From NCBI RefSeq assembly GCF_018350175.1, contig NC_058368.1:136898001-136962000 (forward strand): 64,000 nt of DNA, in the 5' to 3' direction. Positions 51,325 through 64,000 of the stretch are shown in pieces. This stretch comes from Felis catus. Taxonomy: Eukaryota. Both the position numbers and the translations under genes were made by a program. Position 1 is the stretch's first letter. Each line of letters begins with the position of its first letter. The notes beneath the pieces were generated by a model. It was given only the letters and a program-made list of their open reading frames with translations, was not told the origin of the DNA and ran no database searches.

Positions 51325-52215
51325 AATTGAGGTAAAGAACAATTCACTAATTTACATACCATAAAATTTACCCGTTGTGAGTGTTCAATTATTTTTAACC
51401 AATTGGCAGTTGTGCAGCCATCATCAGTCCCAGTTTTAGAACTTTTCTATGGCTCCAGAAAGTTCTCTTATGCCCATTTGCAGTAAATCTCCACTCTAGC
51501 CTCAGGCTCAGGAACTAATCTAATTTCTGTCTCTATAGATTTCATATAAATGGAATACAATATGTTCTCTTTTGTACATTTGGCTTCTTTCAATTGGCAT
51601 CATTTGACTATTATGAATAACACTGTGATGAATATTCTGTGTAAGTCTCTGTAGATGTTTGATTTTTATTTGGGGGGTAAATACTTCAGAGTGGGATTTC
51701 TAAATTGTATGGTAAGGTTATGTTTAACTTTTTAAGAAACTGCCAAATGGTTTTCCCAAGTGGCTCTACCATTTTCCATGCCCATCAGCAATGTATGAAA
51801 GTTCCTATTTCCCCGTGTCCCCTCCAACACTTGTTACTGTCTATCTTGATTTTAGCTATTCTGATAAGTATGAAAAGGTAAGTCATTATTGTTTTAATTT
51901 GCATTTCCTTGATGAGTAATGGCGTGTACACTTTTGCATATGCTTATTAAATATTACTATATCTTCTTTGGTAAAATATCTATTTAAATCTTTTGCTTAT
52001 TTTTTATTGGGTTATTTGTCTTATTGAGTTGTGAAAATTCTTCATATATTCTGGATACAAGTCTTTCATTAGTCATATGACTTGCAAATATTTTTTCTCC
52101 CAGTCTGTGACCTGTTTATTGTTTTCTTAGTTTTCTTTTGGAGCACAAAAGTTTTTAATATTGATGAAGTCCAATGTATCAATATTTTTATTTTATGGAC
52201 CGTCTTTTGGTGTTA
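51325..52215 (-). mobile_element. Old L1M (L1MB-like) 3' portion
   Basis: tttacataccataaaatttaccc...aagaaactgccaaatggttttcc...tattctggatacaagtc...tgatgaagtccaat. Confidence 0.85.
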
Positions 52216-52339
52216 CTGGCTTTTTCTTTTTCTTCCCTTTTTCTTTTTGGTTCTACGATAAACTGGTTCATGAGAACATATGTTCTCCCCGTCCCCTTTG
52301 CTATATCCCTAAAATTGCACGGAAATATTCTTTGACTTA

Positions 52340-52547
52340 AAACGTTTATTCATTTATTTATTCAGAGAGAGAGAGCACGAGCACATGTAGGGGGAGGGGC
52401 AGAGAAAGGAGATAAAGAGAATCCCAAACAGGCTCCACACTGTCAGTGCAGAGCCTGACGTGGGGCTCAAATCCACAAATTGTGAGATCATGACCTGAGC
52501 TGAAATCAACAGTTGGATGTTAACCAACTAAGCCACTCAGGGGCCCC
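52340..52547 (-). mobile_element. CAN-SINE
   Basis: Imperfect TSD tgcacggaaatattct / tgcacagcaatattct. Confidence 0.92.
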
Positions 52548-54480
52548 ATGCACAGCAATATTCTACTGAAGGAAAACTACAGTACAGAAGAGTTTCCATA
52601 CTGGCATATCTCTAAAAGACTGTCTCAAGAATGAAGACGAATGAGCTTGCATGAGATGAAGTGGGAGCAAAACTTAAAACACAACACGGAAGTTACTGTT
52701 ACAGAAATGGTGTGGTAAACCTAACATTAAATTAATAGTCACAAGAGGATGGAGGAAAAGGGGTAAGAAGTGGCCAAAAAGTTATTATTGTTGATTCTTT
52801 CTGGGGATTCTAAAAGAAAAAGAGGCCTTTGGGGAGACTTTAACTCTTGGTGGGCCATGCGAGGGGCTGGTGATGTCTTCTTCTCTGTTATTCCCCTACC
52901 TCTCTTCTGGTGACACAGATTGAGTGACTTAGTAGAGTGTCAAAGAGTGGGAAGAACAGAGCACTCAGTCAGTAATATATACAGAAAATAATGTAGAAAT
53001 GTTGGGAGTCAGAAAACTCAGGCTTATATCCTGGCTGTGCCCCCGCTTGATCTCAGAGTGTTGGTTTCTTCCCCCTTTAAGATGGGAACAACAATTCCAC
53101 TTCACAGGGGTTTATGAAGATCGGGTTGGGGGGGGGTGCTACTTGTAAATGTGCCTGCTGCACAATAGGACCTCAGTCAACTCAACCACAAGGACCCAGA
53201 GAAGTTCAGGGGCAAAGCATACTTAGGGGTGAAAAGTGTGCTGGCATTAGGTCCCACAAGTTGAGAGATTAAAACAACAATTCATGGCAAAATTCTACAT
53301 TCCTGCTGTAAATTTACCTAACCAGACACTAAGGAAAAGAATCCCAGTGTCATTAGTAATCTGATTTGAGGAGTGAAATATAGGAAAGGCTCTCTGGGAG
53401 AAAGAAACCCCAGAGGTTTTTTTGTTGTTGTTTTTATCTGAAGTTATTAGAGGTATAGGCAATCTTAGACTCTAATTGAAAGATAAATGATACTGGAGGA
53501 CAAAGAGGAAGAGATTAGTTGTTATCTAAGCACTATCATTAAAAAAGAAAAAAACGGGAAGAGTTTTTCTCAGTAGTCAAATGAAGGGGTTGTCATAGCT
53601 AACTAACCTCTGAGGCCATTTCTTGTTTATGATTCTACCATGAGGAAAAGCTTTTCATAGAAGTAAGACTGTATTTGCCAGAAAGAGACTTTCCAGAGAG
53701 ATTTTAAGGGAGTTGATAAGAGAGTTGCCCCAAAAACCCCTAAAGAGGGAATGAATTTTGAATAAAATAAGAAAGCAGAAATAAAAAATTCCTCCCTGAA
53801 GACACATGCCAGTATTGAAAATTAACATGCAGGAAACACAGAGATAGAATCTTCTTTATATAGGAATTCATAAAATGTTGATATTTTGGAATGTGATGCT
53901 GGGGATGGGTAACTCTCAGATTGCAATGTTAGACATAGTAATTAAAGGTGGAAGGCCTGGAAATTTGCAATTGAAGGACAGATCATTTAAAGGGCCTGGG
54001 CCTACACCTGGGATTACAGGAATACCGTGGCCCACGTATGTCATAATTAAATAGATTGTCATTGAAAAGAGTATTTCCAGAGACTGGCAATTTGCCCCTA
54101 ATTTTCTAGGTCTGCAAACCTGGTTGCCAGCACCCAGCTGCCTAGACCCACCAGGCAGATTTATCTGTGGCTTATATAATGGCTATGACAAAGTTTTAAA
54201 ATATATGCTTCAATACTTAAATATGATGTTCTATAAAAATGTAAGTACTAAAATAACCTATTCCTCACACCTGTGCTGAATATTTCTCATTCTTTCTTCT
54301 TTATCTTTTCTCCACCCTCCACCACTCTGCTCTCAGCCCTGGGAGGCTGCCCTGTTTGAATTGTATCGAAGGGCCCTTTGCCCCCTAGATCCCTGGGGGG
54401 ACCCTGGCAAATGCATACTTTAGTGCTAGGTTAGGAAAGAAACCTGATTAAATTTATCAACCTTGGGAGAATGGGAATTT

Positions 54481-54484
<4 letters not shown>

Positions 54485-54514
<30 letters not shown>
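54485..54514. repeat. (TG)n microsatellite
   Basis: Directly visible. Confidence 0.97.
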
Positions 54515-54518
<4 letters not shown>

Positions 54519-56295
54519 ACTACAATAGCAACATATGCTGATTTTGAAATATTTCTGAATATATCAATCTGTATAGAGGCAACATTGAGAGGCACCTTTT
54601 CCTTTTGAATCACAAGTTTCTAAAGATACATCAAAATAACTTACATGGTTTTAGTTCAGAATTATCGATACTGTCTCTATGCCCAGCCTCATAGTGTCGT
54701 GCTCACAGCTCTTGGTTGTACGCTTACAGCTGAAACACAAGTAAAGGGAATGGTGACTTTGAGCAATACTCTCTCCCAGAGATTCACAGTCTCTATCTCT
54801 GTTTTCTTCCTCTTTTCAGCAAATAACGATTTAGTTGTGAAAACCTGGATAGCCTTTATCTTAGAGGAGTTTTTTCTTTCAAAACAATGTAAAGATATTT
54901 TTGAGTAAAAGAAATATTTTTTTATTTCAAAAATAGTACATTACTATGAACACTTTAAACAAAAACAAGTAAAATAAAATGTAAGGGTGCCCTGTTCCCC
55001 TCTCAATCCTCACCCCCAAACCACCTCAGTTCCATTCTCAAGGGTCACTGTTGCTTAAACATATTTTGAAAATACCTGAATAAGCAGAACACATTTTCTT
55101 AAGATGTTTTTAAGTGTTTAAAAAAGAAGTTGGAGTAAGAGAATTAGCCTGTATTTGCCCATTTTAGATTGGCAGGAAGGAGAACACTGATAACTAAACG
55201 GTTCAAGGTAAGAAAGAAGCTTGCAGAGGGGGAAGCAAAAGAGAGTAACAGCCAAGGTTTAAAAAAAAACATTCTGAGAGAAAAGTGTACCCCTAGAGAG
55301 GAATTCAGTTTGTTGGAGGGAAATGAAGAAGAGATTCAGTTTTACCAAGTTTTAAGAATTGAAACTTCCAGAGAGAAGTAGAGATAGAGTGTGGTTCACA
55401 CGGCATGGGAAATGGCTCAGCCAAGGGAATGTGAAGGGCTCCAGCAGGAGAGTGACAAAGTCCCTCAAGGCTGTCAGTGAAATGAAGAACACAGTAGGTG
55501 ACATCTGATTGCTAGATGCTCAGTTTTAAGCCCTTGGGCACAGCCCATTTAGTATAGAGGCAAAGGGATGATGGGATGGACTAAAAATGGCTGGTAATAA
55601 GAAAGTATTAGGCAGACAACAGAAAGCGAGATGTGAGAAGAGGGACATTAATGATCCTAATGTTACATTGATATTGTTAACAGAAAACTTATAATTCGAA
55701 AGTGTGACTAAGAAAATAAAGACTGATATTCACAAGGGCACATGTGAAAATCTTTCTGTTTTTTGTTAATGGCTCCAACGGTTTGCACACCCTACTCATT
55801 TGTAACCAGGCTTTTTAGAATTTCTTTTTTCTCCCAAAAATAGCCACTGTATTTTGGGAGATCTTTGTGTTGAGATTAGAGCCCTAAAGGCATTTTGCGT
55901 GAGAAAACATTCGAAAATAAGATCCCGCACAAACTTTCACAGGACTAATTATGGGCTTGAGCCCATTTAGGAAAGAGAGAAAAATCCTCCTTAAGGGGAA
56001 GTGGGAAGAAAAATGAGGAACAAAACTGCAAGAAAGAGGTAGGCTAGAAATGTTTATGCTCGGTAACTTTGTGTTATCGGTTTCTGAGTGTGGTGTGAAA
56101 AAAACTTAATAGAAATGATTGAATAGGAAGTTGGAAAGTAGAGAGAAATGAATGAATTGTCCAAAGTAGGGTTAAAGTATTTTTGTTATTATTGTTGGTT
56201 AAGCACTTATTATTCATTGAGCTAGATTTTTTTAAGTATGGGAATTATGAAAGAGAGTTGTTGTCTAGGAAGACATAGGGCTTGTTTTGTTACTT

Positions 56296-56490
56296 TTTAA
56301 AAAATGTTTATTCATTTTTGAGAGAGAGAGCGCGAGCATGAGTAGGGGAGGGGCAGAGAGAGGGAGACAGAGGATTCCACGTGGGCTCTGTGCTGACAGC
56401 AGCAAGCCCAATGTGGGGCTCAAACTCTTGAACCGTGAGATCATGATCTGAGCCAAAGGATGCTTAACTGACTGAGCAACCCAGGCACCC
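56296..56490 (-). mobile_element. CAN-SINE, left unit of a tandem pair
   Basis: SINEC body ending ccaggcaccc on +. Confidence 0.92.
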
Positions 56491-56500
56491 TCGTTACCTT

Positions 56501-56573
56501 TTTTTTTAAGTTTATGTCTTTATTTTGAGAGAAAGAGCACATGCATATGTGCACACACAAGCAGGAGAGAGAC

Positions 56574-56632
<59 letters not shown>

Positions 56633-56757
56633 CCCAAGCAGAATCTGTGTTGTCAGCACAGAACCCGTTGTGGGGCTGATTCCAGGAGCTGTGAGATCAT
56701 GACCTGAGCCAAAATCAAGAGTCAGATGTTTAACAGACTGAACCACCCAGGAGCCCC
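56501..56757 (-). mobile_element. CAN-SINE with an expanded (GA)n tract, right unit of the pair
   Basis: SINEC body ending ccaggagcccc on +. Confidence 0.92.
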
Positions 56758-57439
56758 TGTTACTTATTTTTTAAAACCTCTTTTGTAGAACTTTTCACAT
56801 TAGGGTATGTTGATCATTAAGTTGAAATCTGGCTTTGAAAAGTCAGCAGTATATTTCTCCTAATTATCCTGTAGATGGATGCCTAACTGTTGACCCTCAA
56901 GACCAGAGGGAGGACTTTAGAGCAAGCATTTCTTCAAGCGGGCAGACCCAAGCCAGTGAATAGCAGAGGGAGTGTTTGATAGAAGTGGCAGTAAATAAAG
57001 GAGTAAAACCAGCTGATTTCCACCTCTGGTCCTGAGTAGCTGTTTAAACCCAGAATATCAAGATGGCAGTTTAATTGAACTACTCTTTGTAAGTCACATG
57101 CTTATCAGCCACATGCTTTAAAAAGATAAATAAAAATAAAAAAGCCCACTTGCATTTCAGTTTGTTGAATATCAAAAGAATTGAGAGCCCCTCTTATGGT
57201 TAGAATGCCTTTGATTATAAGGAGCAATGTGGCCACATGCAAAGATCCAGGGAATCTGACCACAGGCCATGGGAGGGGTGAGAACCAAGCCAGCTTTGGA
57301 CACTGGCTATGTCCTCTCCTCTCCTGCTCTCCCCATCTTTGCCTTCTCTCTTCTTTTCCTCCTTTCCCCTTCCCTTCTCTCATCTTCTTGTCTTGGCAGC
57401 TTTCTTCTTTCCTCTGTCGACTCAGCTGATCCAAAATGA

Positions 57440-57875
57440 CTTCTTCTGGATGGCCCACCTTCTCTCCTTCAACCCTCACATTTGTGAGTGCTGCGTCTTC
57501 ACCCTGGATTGTCCTCCCTTCTCTTCCTAGCTTGGTTAGATCCTGTCTGCTGCTTCAGAGTTTTCTCAGGTGCAGCCTTTTGCAAGCAGCTGCCTTTGAT
57601 CCCCGCAAGGCTGGGCAAGTATCCCGCCTTCCACAGGTTTTGCCCATGCTAACTATTGCATCTTCCGACTTTCTACTCTGCATTGTACTTCCCTGAGCAC
57701 TTGTGCCTTTCTCCCACTGCACTGAGAGCTCCTTGAAGGCAGGGACTGTCCATTGTTCCCCCAGAACTTTACACAGAGCATGGAAACATCTGTGGATGAC
57801 CTGCACTGGGTAAGAGAGTGCCCCTCTGACCAAGAGCTCAATATATATTCATTGAATGGATGAGTGGGTGGATAC
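57440..57875 (+). mobile_element. L2 3' end relic
   Basis: actgagagctccttgaaggcagggactgtc...gctcaatatatattcattgaatggatga. Confidence 0.6.
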
Positions 57876-59959
57876 ATGAATCTGTTGCTCACACTTTAGC
57901 ATTACACATCAATCGTTTGTATTGTCACGACACTTAGTCTTCCCATTTTTGTCTTCCTTATCATGGCATGCATCAGATTCCCTCGAGTTCGGACTTCAAG
58001 CCCAGTGATTTTATAGTGCAAATCAGTACAGGTATAGCACTAAGTAAAATTGCGCTGAAACCAATAGAGAAGGACACTGACTCACCTCTTGTCTTGGATT
58101 CCCTGACTGAGAATTCCAGCTGGCAAAGAAACAGCACACCTGCAGGGAGATGGCTCAAGATGAGTGACTTTGTCCACATCCAGGAGACAAAGTCTGCTTT
58201 GGATAGCAAGTGACTGAACTGGTTGCTACTCCTCTTGAAAACGTCCATTCACAGTGTATAAAGAAAATAATGGTTTCTGGTTTATATTTCTGTGGTTTTA
58301 AGGACATTCCCAGGAGACACCTTTGTGTTCATTCTCTCACCAGGCTTATAAAATTCTTGTTTTGGTCCTTTAGCTAGACTACAGAAATTGATTTTAATGT
58401 TTCTGATTTGACTCCATCATAGTCTGTGAACACCACACTTTAGCCTTGTCTATAAAGCAAAAATGGTCTGTTTTACAGTCACTGGTTCCTCCACAAGTCA
58501 TTACTGCCCACTATAATCTAGGCTCATAGTCATCTGTAAAAGTAGGGTAAAAAGTGGATTTGAACCCTAAAATATTTCACAGTCTAGTATAGGTGACACT
58601 ATTCAAGCTCTTTTCCAAAAACAGCTCATCTTCCTGCTGAGTTATAGGTGGCATAGTCCCAGTGAGGCTTATTGTGAATTCTTGCGATCTCAGCATAAAT
58701 AAAAACCATGTTCTGTTTCTAATTTGAAGCAAAAAGATATAAACTGTATTTTTTATGAGAAAGTGGGATTTCCCTCCCAAACCCCTTGGGGAAATTTTTC
58801 GCTTGCATGATTTTGCTGCCACAACCATGGAGGTTAAAATATCCTTAAGTATAAAAAAAATACTTCCAGTTGTCAAACTCCATACCAATTGGGTATTAAT
58901 TTCTCTCATGGCTAGTTACAGTACCCTTGTCCATAGTTAGGTTTCATTCTCAAGGATCCTTTACTCAAAATAAATACACACAAAAAAAACCTTCATAGTA
59001 GCCTCAGGGACTACTCCTTACATATGAACACAAGAGGAGTTTCCAAAAGCAAGTGATGTTCTGGGATGGGAAGGTCAGAGAGAGAAGTGGCTCAGTCTCG
59101 ATTAAAAATGGCCACTTAACCAGTGAGACTTTAATATGGATAAGGGCAAGGAATTTTTCTTTTATGAAGCCATTGGATGTGTACTAAATATTTTGTTCCA
59201 TTAATTTCAACTCTAGCTTTTGGTTTCAGTGACATTTTGGATTTGAAGAAGCTGAAAGGAGGTAGCTTTCAAGTAAATTATTTCCTTTTGCAGTACAAAT
59301 AACCCAACTGGTGGTGTGTTGGCTGCTGACCATACCCACTAATGAAGCTCCAAGCCAAGATTTGTTCTTTCCTGAGTTAAGGTTTTTCCAGATTTTTAAG
59401 ATTTTTCCACATTTAGGAGCAACTGCATCCTTCCCTTATTAAGACTTGAGCGGTTGAAGGAGGAATAGAAAAGGAGGAAGCTTGTCTGCCGGCAAGGTCA
59501 TTACGTATTTCATTCCCGAAAGCCAACTGGCACTTGGTCAGCCATTGAGAACTGAAAGGCCACAGAACACCTGGATCAGGTGCTTCCTTCCTTACCTTAA
59601 GAATAGAGGTGCCATATAGTCGGACAATATCGAATGTGAACTGACCTTTCAGTCCCCCAAATCCCCCTGCAAATCACATGTCAGGCAACAGGTGATGCCA
59701 AGAATACTTTTTTTCTATTCAAAAACATCTGCCCCACTTTCCAGTCCCTGATGTCTGAACTGTATTAAGCCAGAGGTTTAGGATTGTCATTGGGTTATTG
59801 TGGAAAGTCACTTAACCTCTATGACCTCATTTCTCATCTAAAAAATTGGATTGATAATGCTATCTTTCAGGTTGTTCTCAAACTTTTGGCACATATGAAA
59901 ATTATCTTGGGTGTTTGTTAAAAATGTAGATATCAGGCTTCTTTCAGAAGATGATATGG

Positions 59960-60186
59960 AGTATGTGGGTGGCTCAGCCGGTTAAGTGTTCAGTTCTTGG
60001 TTTCAGCTCAGGTCATGATCTCACGGTTTCATGAGTTCAAGGCCCGGGTTGGGCTCTGCACTGGCAGCCTGGAGTCTTCTTAGGATTTTCTGTCTCCCTC
60101 TGTCTCTGCCCCTCCCCGACACGTGCTATCTTTGTCTCTCTCAAAATAAATAAACTTAAAAAAAATCTTAAAAAATAAAAATAAAA
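59960..60186 (+). mobile_element. CAN-SINE
   Basis: gggtggctcagccggttaag...ctcaggtcatgatctc...aaaataaataaac followed by an A tail. Confidence 0.92.
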
Positions 60187-61069
60187 GGTTGATGTTTATT
60201 AACTCATTTTATGAATGTAAAGACTTGTATAAATGTAAGTAATTGCTCTTATCATCTTGGGCATTCCTGGAAGGGTTAACACTTTGGGTGGTTATCAGCC
60301 TGTTATACATCTAGAAAGGGAGTTAAAGAGATTGATATTCATTAAATACTTAATATGGTCTAGGCCCATTACCCACATTATTTAATTATATGAGTAGGGA
60401 TTAGTATTCCCATTTTACAGATGAGGAATTTGTGGCTGAGAGAAGTGAAGATTCTTGTTCAGCATCAAATGGCAGGGTCTATGAACCTGCCTCCAAAGTC
60501 CAGGTTCTTCCCACTATAGCTGAATTAATTAACTGTTAGATAGAGATCCTTTTTCTAAGTGACCATAGTGGAGACCAGGCTTTTAGAAGAGGAAAGATGC
60601 AAATAAGAGGTCCTCCAAGTGTGGTTTCCGGAACAATATCTCTAGCATCATCCTGTGATCTTGTTAGAAATATGAACTCTTGGACCCTTATTCCAGGCTT
60701 TTGGATCAGACGCTGAGCCTGAGCACAGCTGAACAACTTGCCCAAGGTCACACAAAACTCCAACCAGTCCTCTCCACTCTCTCCTTCTGACCTTTTGGCA
60801 ACCCCTGCAATGAACACATGCACTCTTCTCATGGGCTAACGAAGCTTGGCGTCATAGTTCTTTCTATTGCATCCCAGTCCTGATGACGCGCCCTGTTCCC
60901 TAGCAACCATTCACACATGCATCCAACATCATTGGCTCCTCGGGAGCATGAAGGGGCTCCTACATGATGCCCTCATCTATGGGTGGAAAAAGACATAAGC
61001 TACCATTTACAGTGCAGGATGCTTTTGGAGAGACTAGGCCCATCAAACTTTACCTGAGGGTGTCAGGAA

Positions 61070-61255
61070 ATGGTTATAATGGCTAACATTTATTGAGCAC
61101 TTACCACATGCCAGGAACTGCTCCAATTTTTTTACACTTATTTAATCATCTCAACAATCCCCTGAGGAGGGACTATTATTATACCATCTTACTGATGAGA
61201 AAACAGTCACAGAGAGGTTATATAACTGGCCCCAAAGGCACACAGTTAGTGTAGG
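61070..61255 (-). mobile_element. MIR
   Basis: ctaacatttattgagcacttaccacatgccagg...ctcaacaatcccctgagg...tactgatgagaaaac...cagagaggtta. Confidence 0.8.
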
Positions 61256-61534
61256 CTAAACATTTCCATTATGTTTTTTCTAAAAATTCAATTCAGAGGA
61301 CAACATATGTGAGTTTTGTGGCACTTTGACATGACTCTTAAGAGCTGTATTGTTAGAGCTAATGTTTGATGATGTGGTAGCTAGGGTATTTTCTGTGGAG
61401 AAAGAATCAAGTATGAACGTGCCCATGGAAACGGCTTTGATTTTTAATAGTGTGGTTGGCTCACCCTTGAGAGTGAGACTGGGGGCAAGAGAGTTAACTT
61501 GGTATAGACGTGTCGTTTTCAAAACTGATAACTT

Positions 61535-61657
61535 GAGGCACCTGGATGGCTCAGTTGGTTGAGTGTCTGACTCTTGATTTTGGCTCAGGTCATGATCCCA
61601 GGGTCATGGGGTGGAGCCCCACGTTGAACTCTGTGCTGAGCATGGAGCCTGCTTAAG

Positions 61658-61739
<82 letters not shown>

Positions 61740-61842
61740 TCCCCACCCTGCCCCTCTCCCCTGCTTGTGCTCTCTGTGTCCCTAAAATTTAAATTTAAAA
61801 AGATAACTAGAAAATTTTTATGTGAAAAAACAAAAACAAAAA
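61535..61842 (+). mobile_element. CAN-SINE with a long (CT)n tract
   Basis: TSD aactgataact on both sides; (CT)n at ~61640-61735. Confidence 0.93.
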
Positions 61843-62449
61843 ACAACTGATAACTCATTTCATTTAGGTGCTATTGTGCCTGGATTAACTTTTCACTCCC
61901 TGCACTGGCCACCCAGCCTTCCTTCTGGGAAAAGTCCTGTTTTCCAGGGTATATAGTCAAAGACTATACCCCCCAGTCAGTCAATTTGCTTTCCAACGTG
62001 TGACAGTGGTCACAAGGGAAACTAGTATGGGTGACTCACCGTGACCATCACTGCCACTAGAAAAATATCTCAAACCAAGACTTACTGGCTCTGATTTCCT
62101 GGTATCATTTACCTAAAGAGCAGTATCATCTCATTGATCCTAAAGGAATCCCCTTCAGAGAGGGGATTTCACAGAAGTGCCTAAGCATGCAAAATGAACA
62201 AGAATCCAAATTTGACATGGATGAGACCTGTGAGAAAGAGGACTCAAGAGGCATTTGAGAAATAGGTTGGCTTGGAATGGAATGTGGACTGGGCAAGGAA
62301 GACAGAAATGGTCTATCCTAGGAGAAGGTTTGAGATCTGTTCTCACAGAAGGACTAAGGGTAGGAGCTGGGAAAGGGAGTCAGGAGAGTAGCAGCTTCTT
62401 GGGGCAGTTTTCACTCTCTTGTTTTCCTTCTCAGCGAACTGGCCCCATC

Positions 62450-62800
62450 ACATGGTTGGGCTCTGAACTCCCATGTCCAAATTACACAACTCTATTCTTT
62501 GTTAGGCATAGTTGATTGGTACAGGAGACACCTGAGCTAAATGGGGCCAGTAAGATTTGTCTCTGAAGGATTTGGAAGTTTGAACTGAGAAGTACAGATT
62601 TCAGGAGTACATGCTGTTGAGCTAGGGTAGTCTTCTGGAACTGTTGCTAATGCTAATGACCCAGTCTGCCTTGAGTCCAGCCCTCCTTCAGGCTGGTTGT
62701 CCAGCTTTCCCTGGGATTTCCTTATTTATTTGTTAGTTACTTACTTGGTTATGTTTAAGTTAGATAGGTTTGATTTCTATAATTCAGGATCAGGAGAGCT
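62450..62800 (+). mobile_element. MLT1K/L-like LTR relic
   Basis: tgattggtacaggagacacctgagc...ggccagtaagattt...tttaagttagataggtttgatttct. Confidence 0.45.
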
Positions 62801-63223
62801 GTGTTTAAGACTTTCCGCAAGTTGACAAACACCTCTTCGGCTTCATTGCTATCTTCTCAATTCTGATGGAAGGAAACTAATTCTTCTAAGTGAGATTTGA
62901 AGGTTAATTAGCCAGAAATTAAGACTCCATTGAAGTTTGAGACTACTTAAGAGTGGAAACCAAGAAAAGTGGCCTCTTTTTCTCTCTCTCTGTCTCTCAA
63001 TTTAAACTATATTTCAGGGAACATGATTAAGGACCAACTGTGATTGACCTCAGCCACAGGTAGCTGGGCAGCCTGCCACCTGATGATGGCTAAGATTTCT
63101 AAAACATATTACTGTCTTCTAAGCCAGACTCATTGCATCAGAATATCTAGGGCTCAGGAACATTCATTTTGCAGGGGGAACATGGATTTTAAATAAGCTC
63201 TCTCATTACATTTTATGCTACTT

Positions 63224-63253
63224 AAAAAAAATTTTTTTTAATGTTTTTATTTT

Positions 63254-63294
<41 letters not shown>

Positions 63295-63463
63295 AAGCGT
63301 GAGTGGGGGAGGGGCAGAGAGAGAGGGAGACACCGAATCCGAAGCAGGCTCCAGGCTCTGAGCTGTCAGCACAGAGCCCAACGCGGGGCTTGAACCCACA
63401 AACTGTGAGATCATGACCTGAGCCAAAGTTGGACACTTAACCGACTGAGCCACCTAGGCGTCT
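63224..63463 (-). mobile_element. CAN-SINE
   Basis: TSD tatg(c/t)tactt on both sides. Confidence 0.95.
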
Positions 63464-63479
63464 CTATGTTACTTTTTGA

Positions 63480-64000
63480 ATATATTTGTGTGTGTGTGTG
63501 TGTATACATACACATATATATAAATTTGTATATATGTATATAAATTTGTGTATATAAATATATATATTTATATATATACATATATATTATATATATGTAT
63601 ATATATATACACAAATTTATATATATAAATATATAATATATATTAAATGTATATATATAATATAAATATAAATATATATATTATATATTTATATATATAT
63701 TAAATGTATATAAGTACATATATATTATATATGTATTTATATATACATATACATATGCATTTATATATATACATATACATATATATTAATTAATTATAAT
63801 TATAAATTATAATTAATTTAATATATTAAATGTATATAAATACATATATATTAATAATTTAATATATATTAAATGTATATAAATACATATATATTTTATA
63901 TATATTAAGTATATATAAATTTGTATATATATATACACATATACATATACATACACATATACATATACATTTATATATATACATATACATATATATTAAT
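63480..64000. repeat. (TG)n followed by a long (TA)-rich low-complexity array running off the window end
   Basis: Directly visible. Confidence 0.95.

Noticed and set aside
1..64000. CRISPR array, operon or other prokaryote-type system; ZNF366 exons
   Set aside because: The sequence is mammalian. The recurring ~200-bp units are dispersed SINEs without regular spacers, and I saw no C2H2 zinc-finger coding sequence on either strand.

Overview
Mammalian, most likely felid, genomic DNA. The repeats are tRNA-derived carnivore SINEs (CAN-SINE/SINEC) and cat-type L1 3' ends, plus older eutherian repeats (MIR, L2, MLT1, MER5A/20/58A, MER31). The only host protein-coding sequence I can support is the last two coding exons of PTCD2 (mitochondrial pentatricopeptide-repeat protein) on the + strand, 4897-5010 and 10417-10641, followed by a 3' UTR with two candidate AATAAA signals. 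The remaining ~52 kb looks intergenic. From recalled human gene order (MRPS27-PTCD2-ZNF366) it should lie toward the 3' end of ZNF366, but no ZNF366 exon is visible. Most entries in the ORF track are SINE/L1 translations or chance ORFs. I found no evidence of a novel multi-gene system. The best leads are smaller. One L1 has an intact TSD but no 3' UTR, inside a MIR>L1>SINE nest. A second L1 may carry a 3' transduction. Some target sites were hit twice by SINEs. Inverted SINEs flank an in-frame PTCD2 exon. Three short transcription-factor motif clusters could be enhancers. Repeat family names come from recalled consensus sequences and repeat boundaries are approximate.
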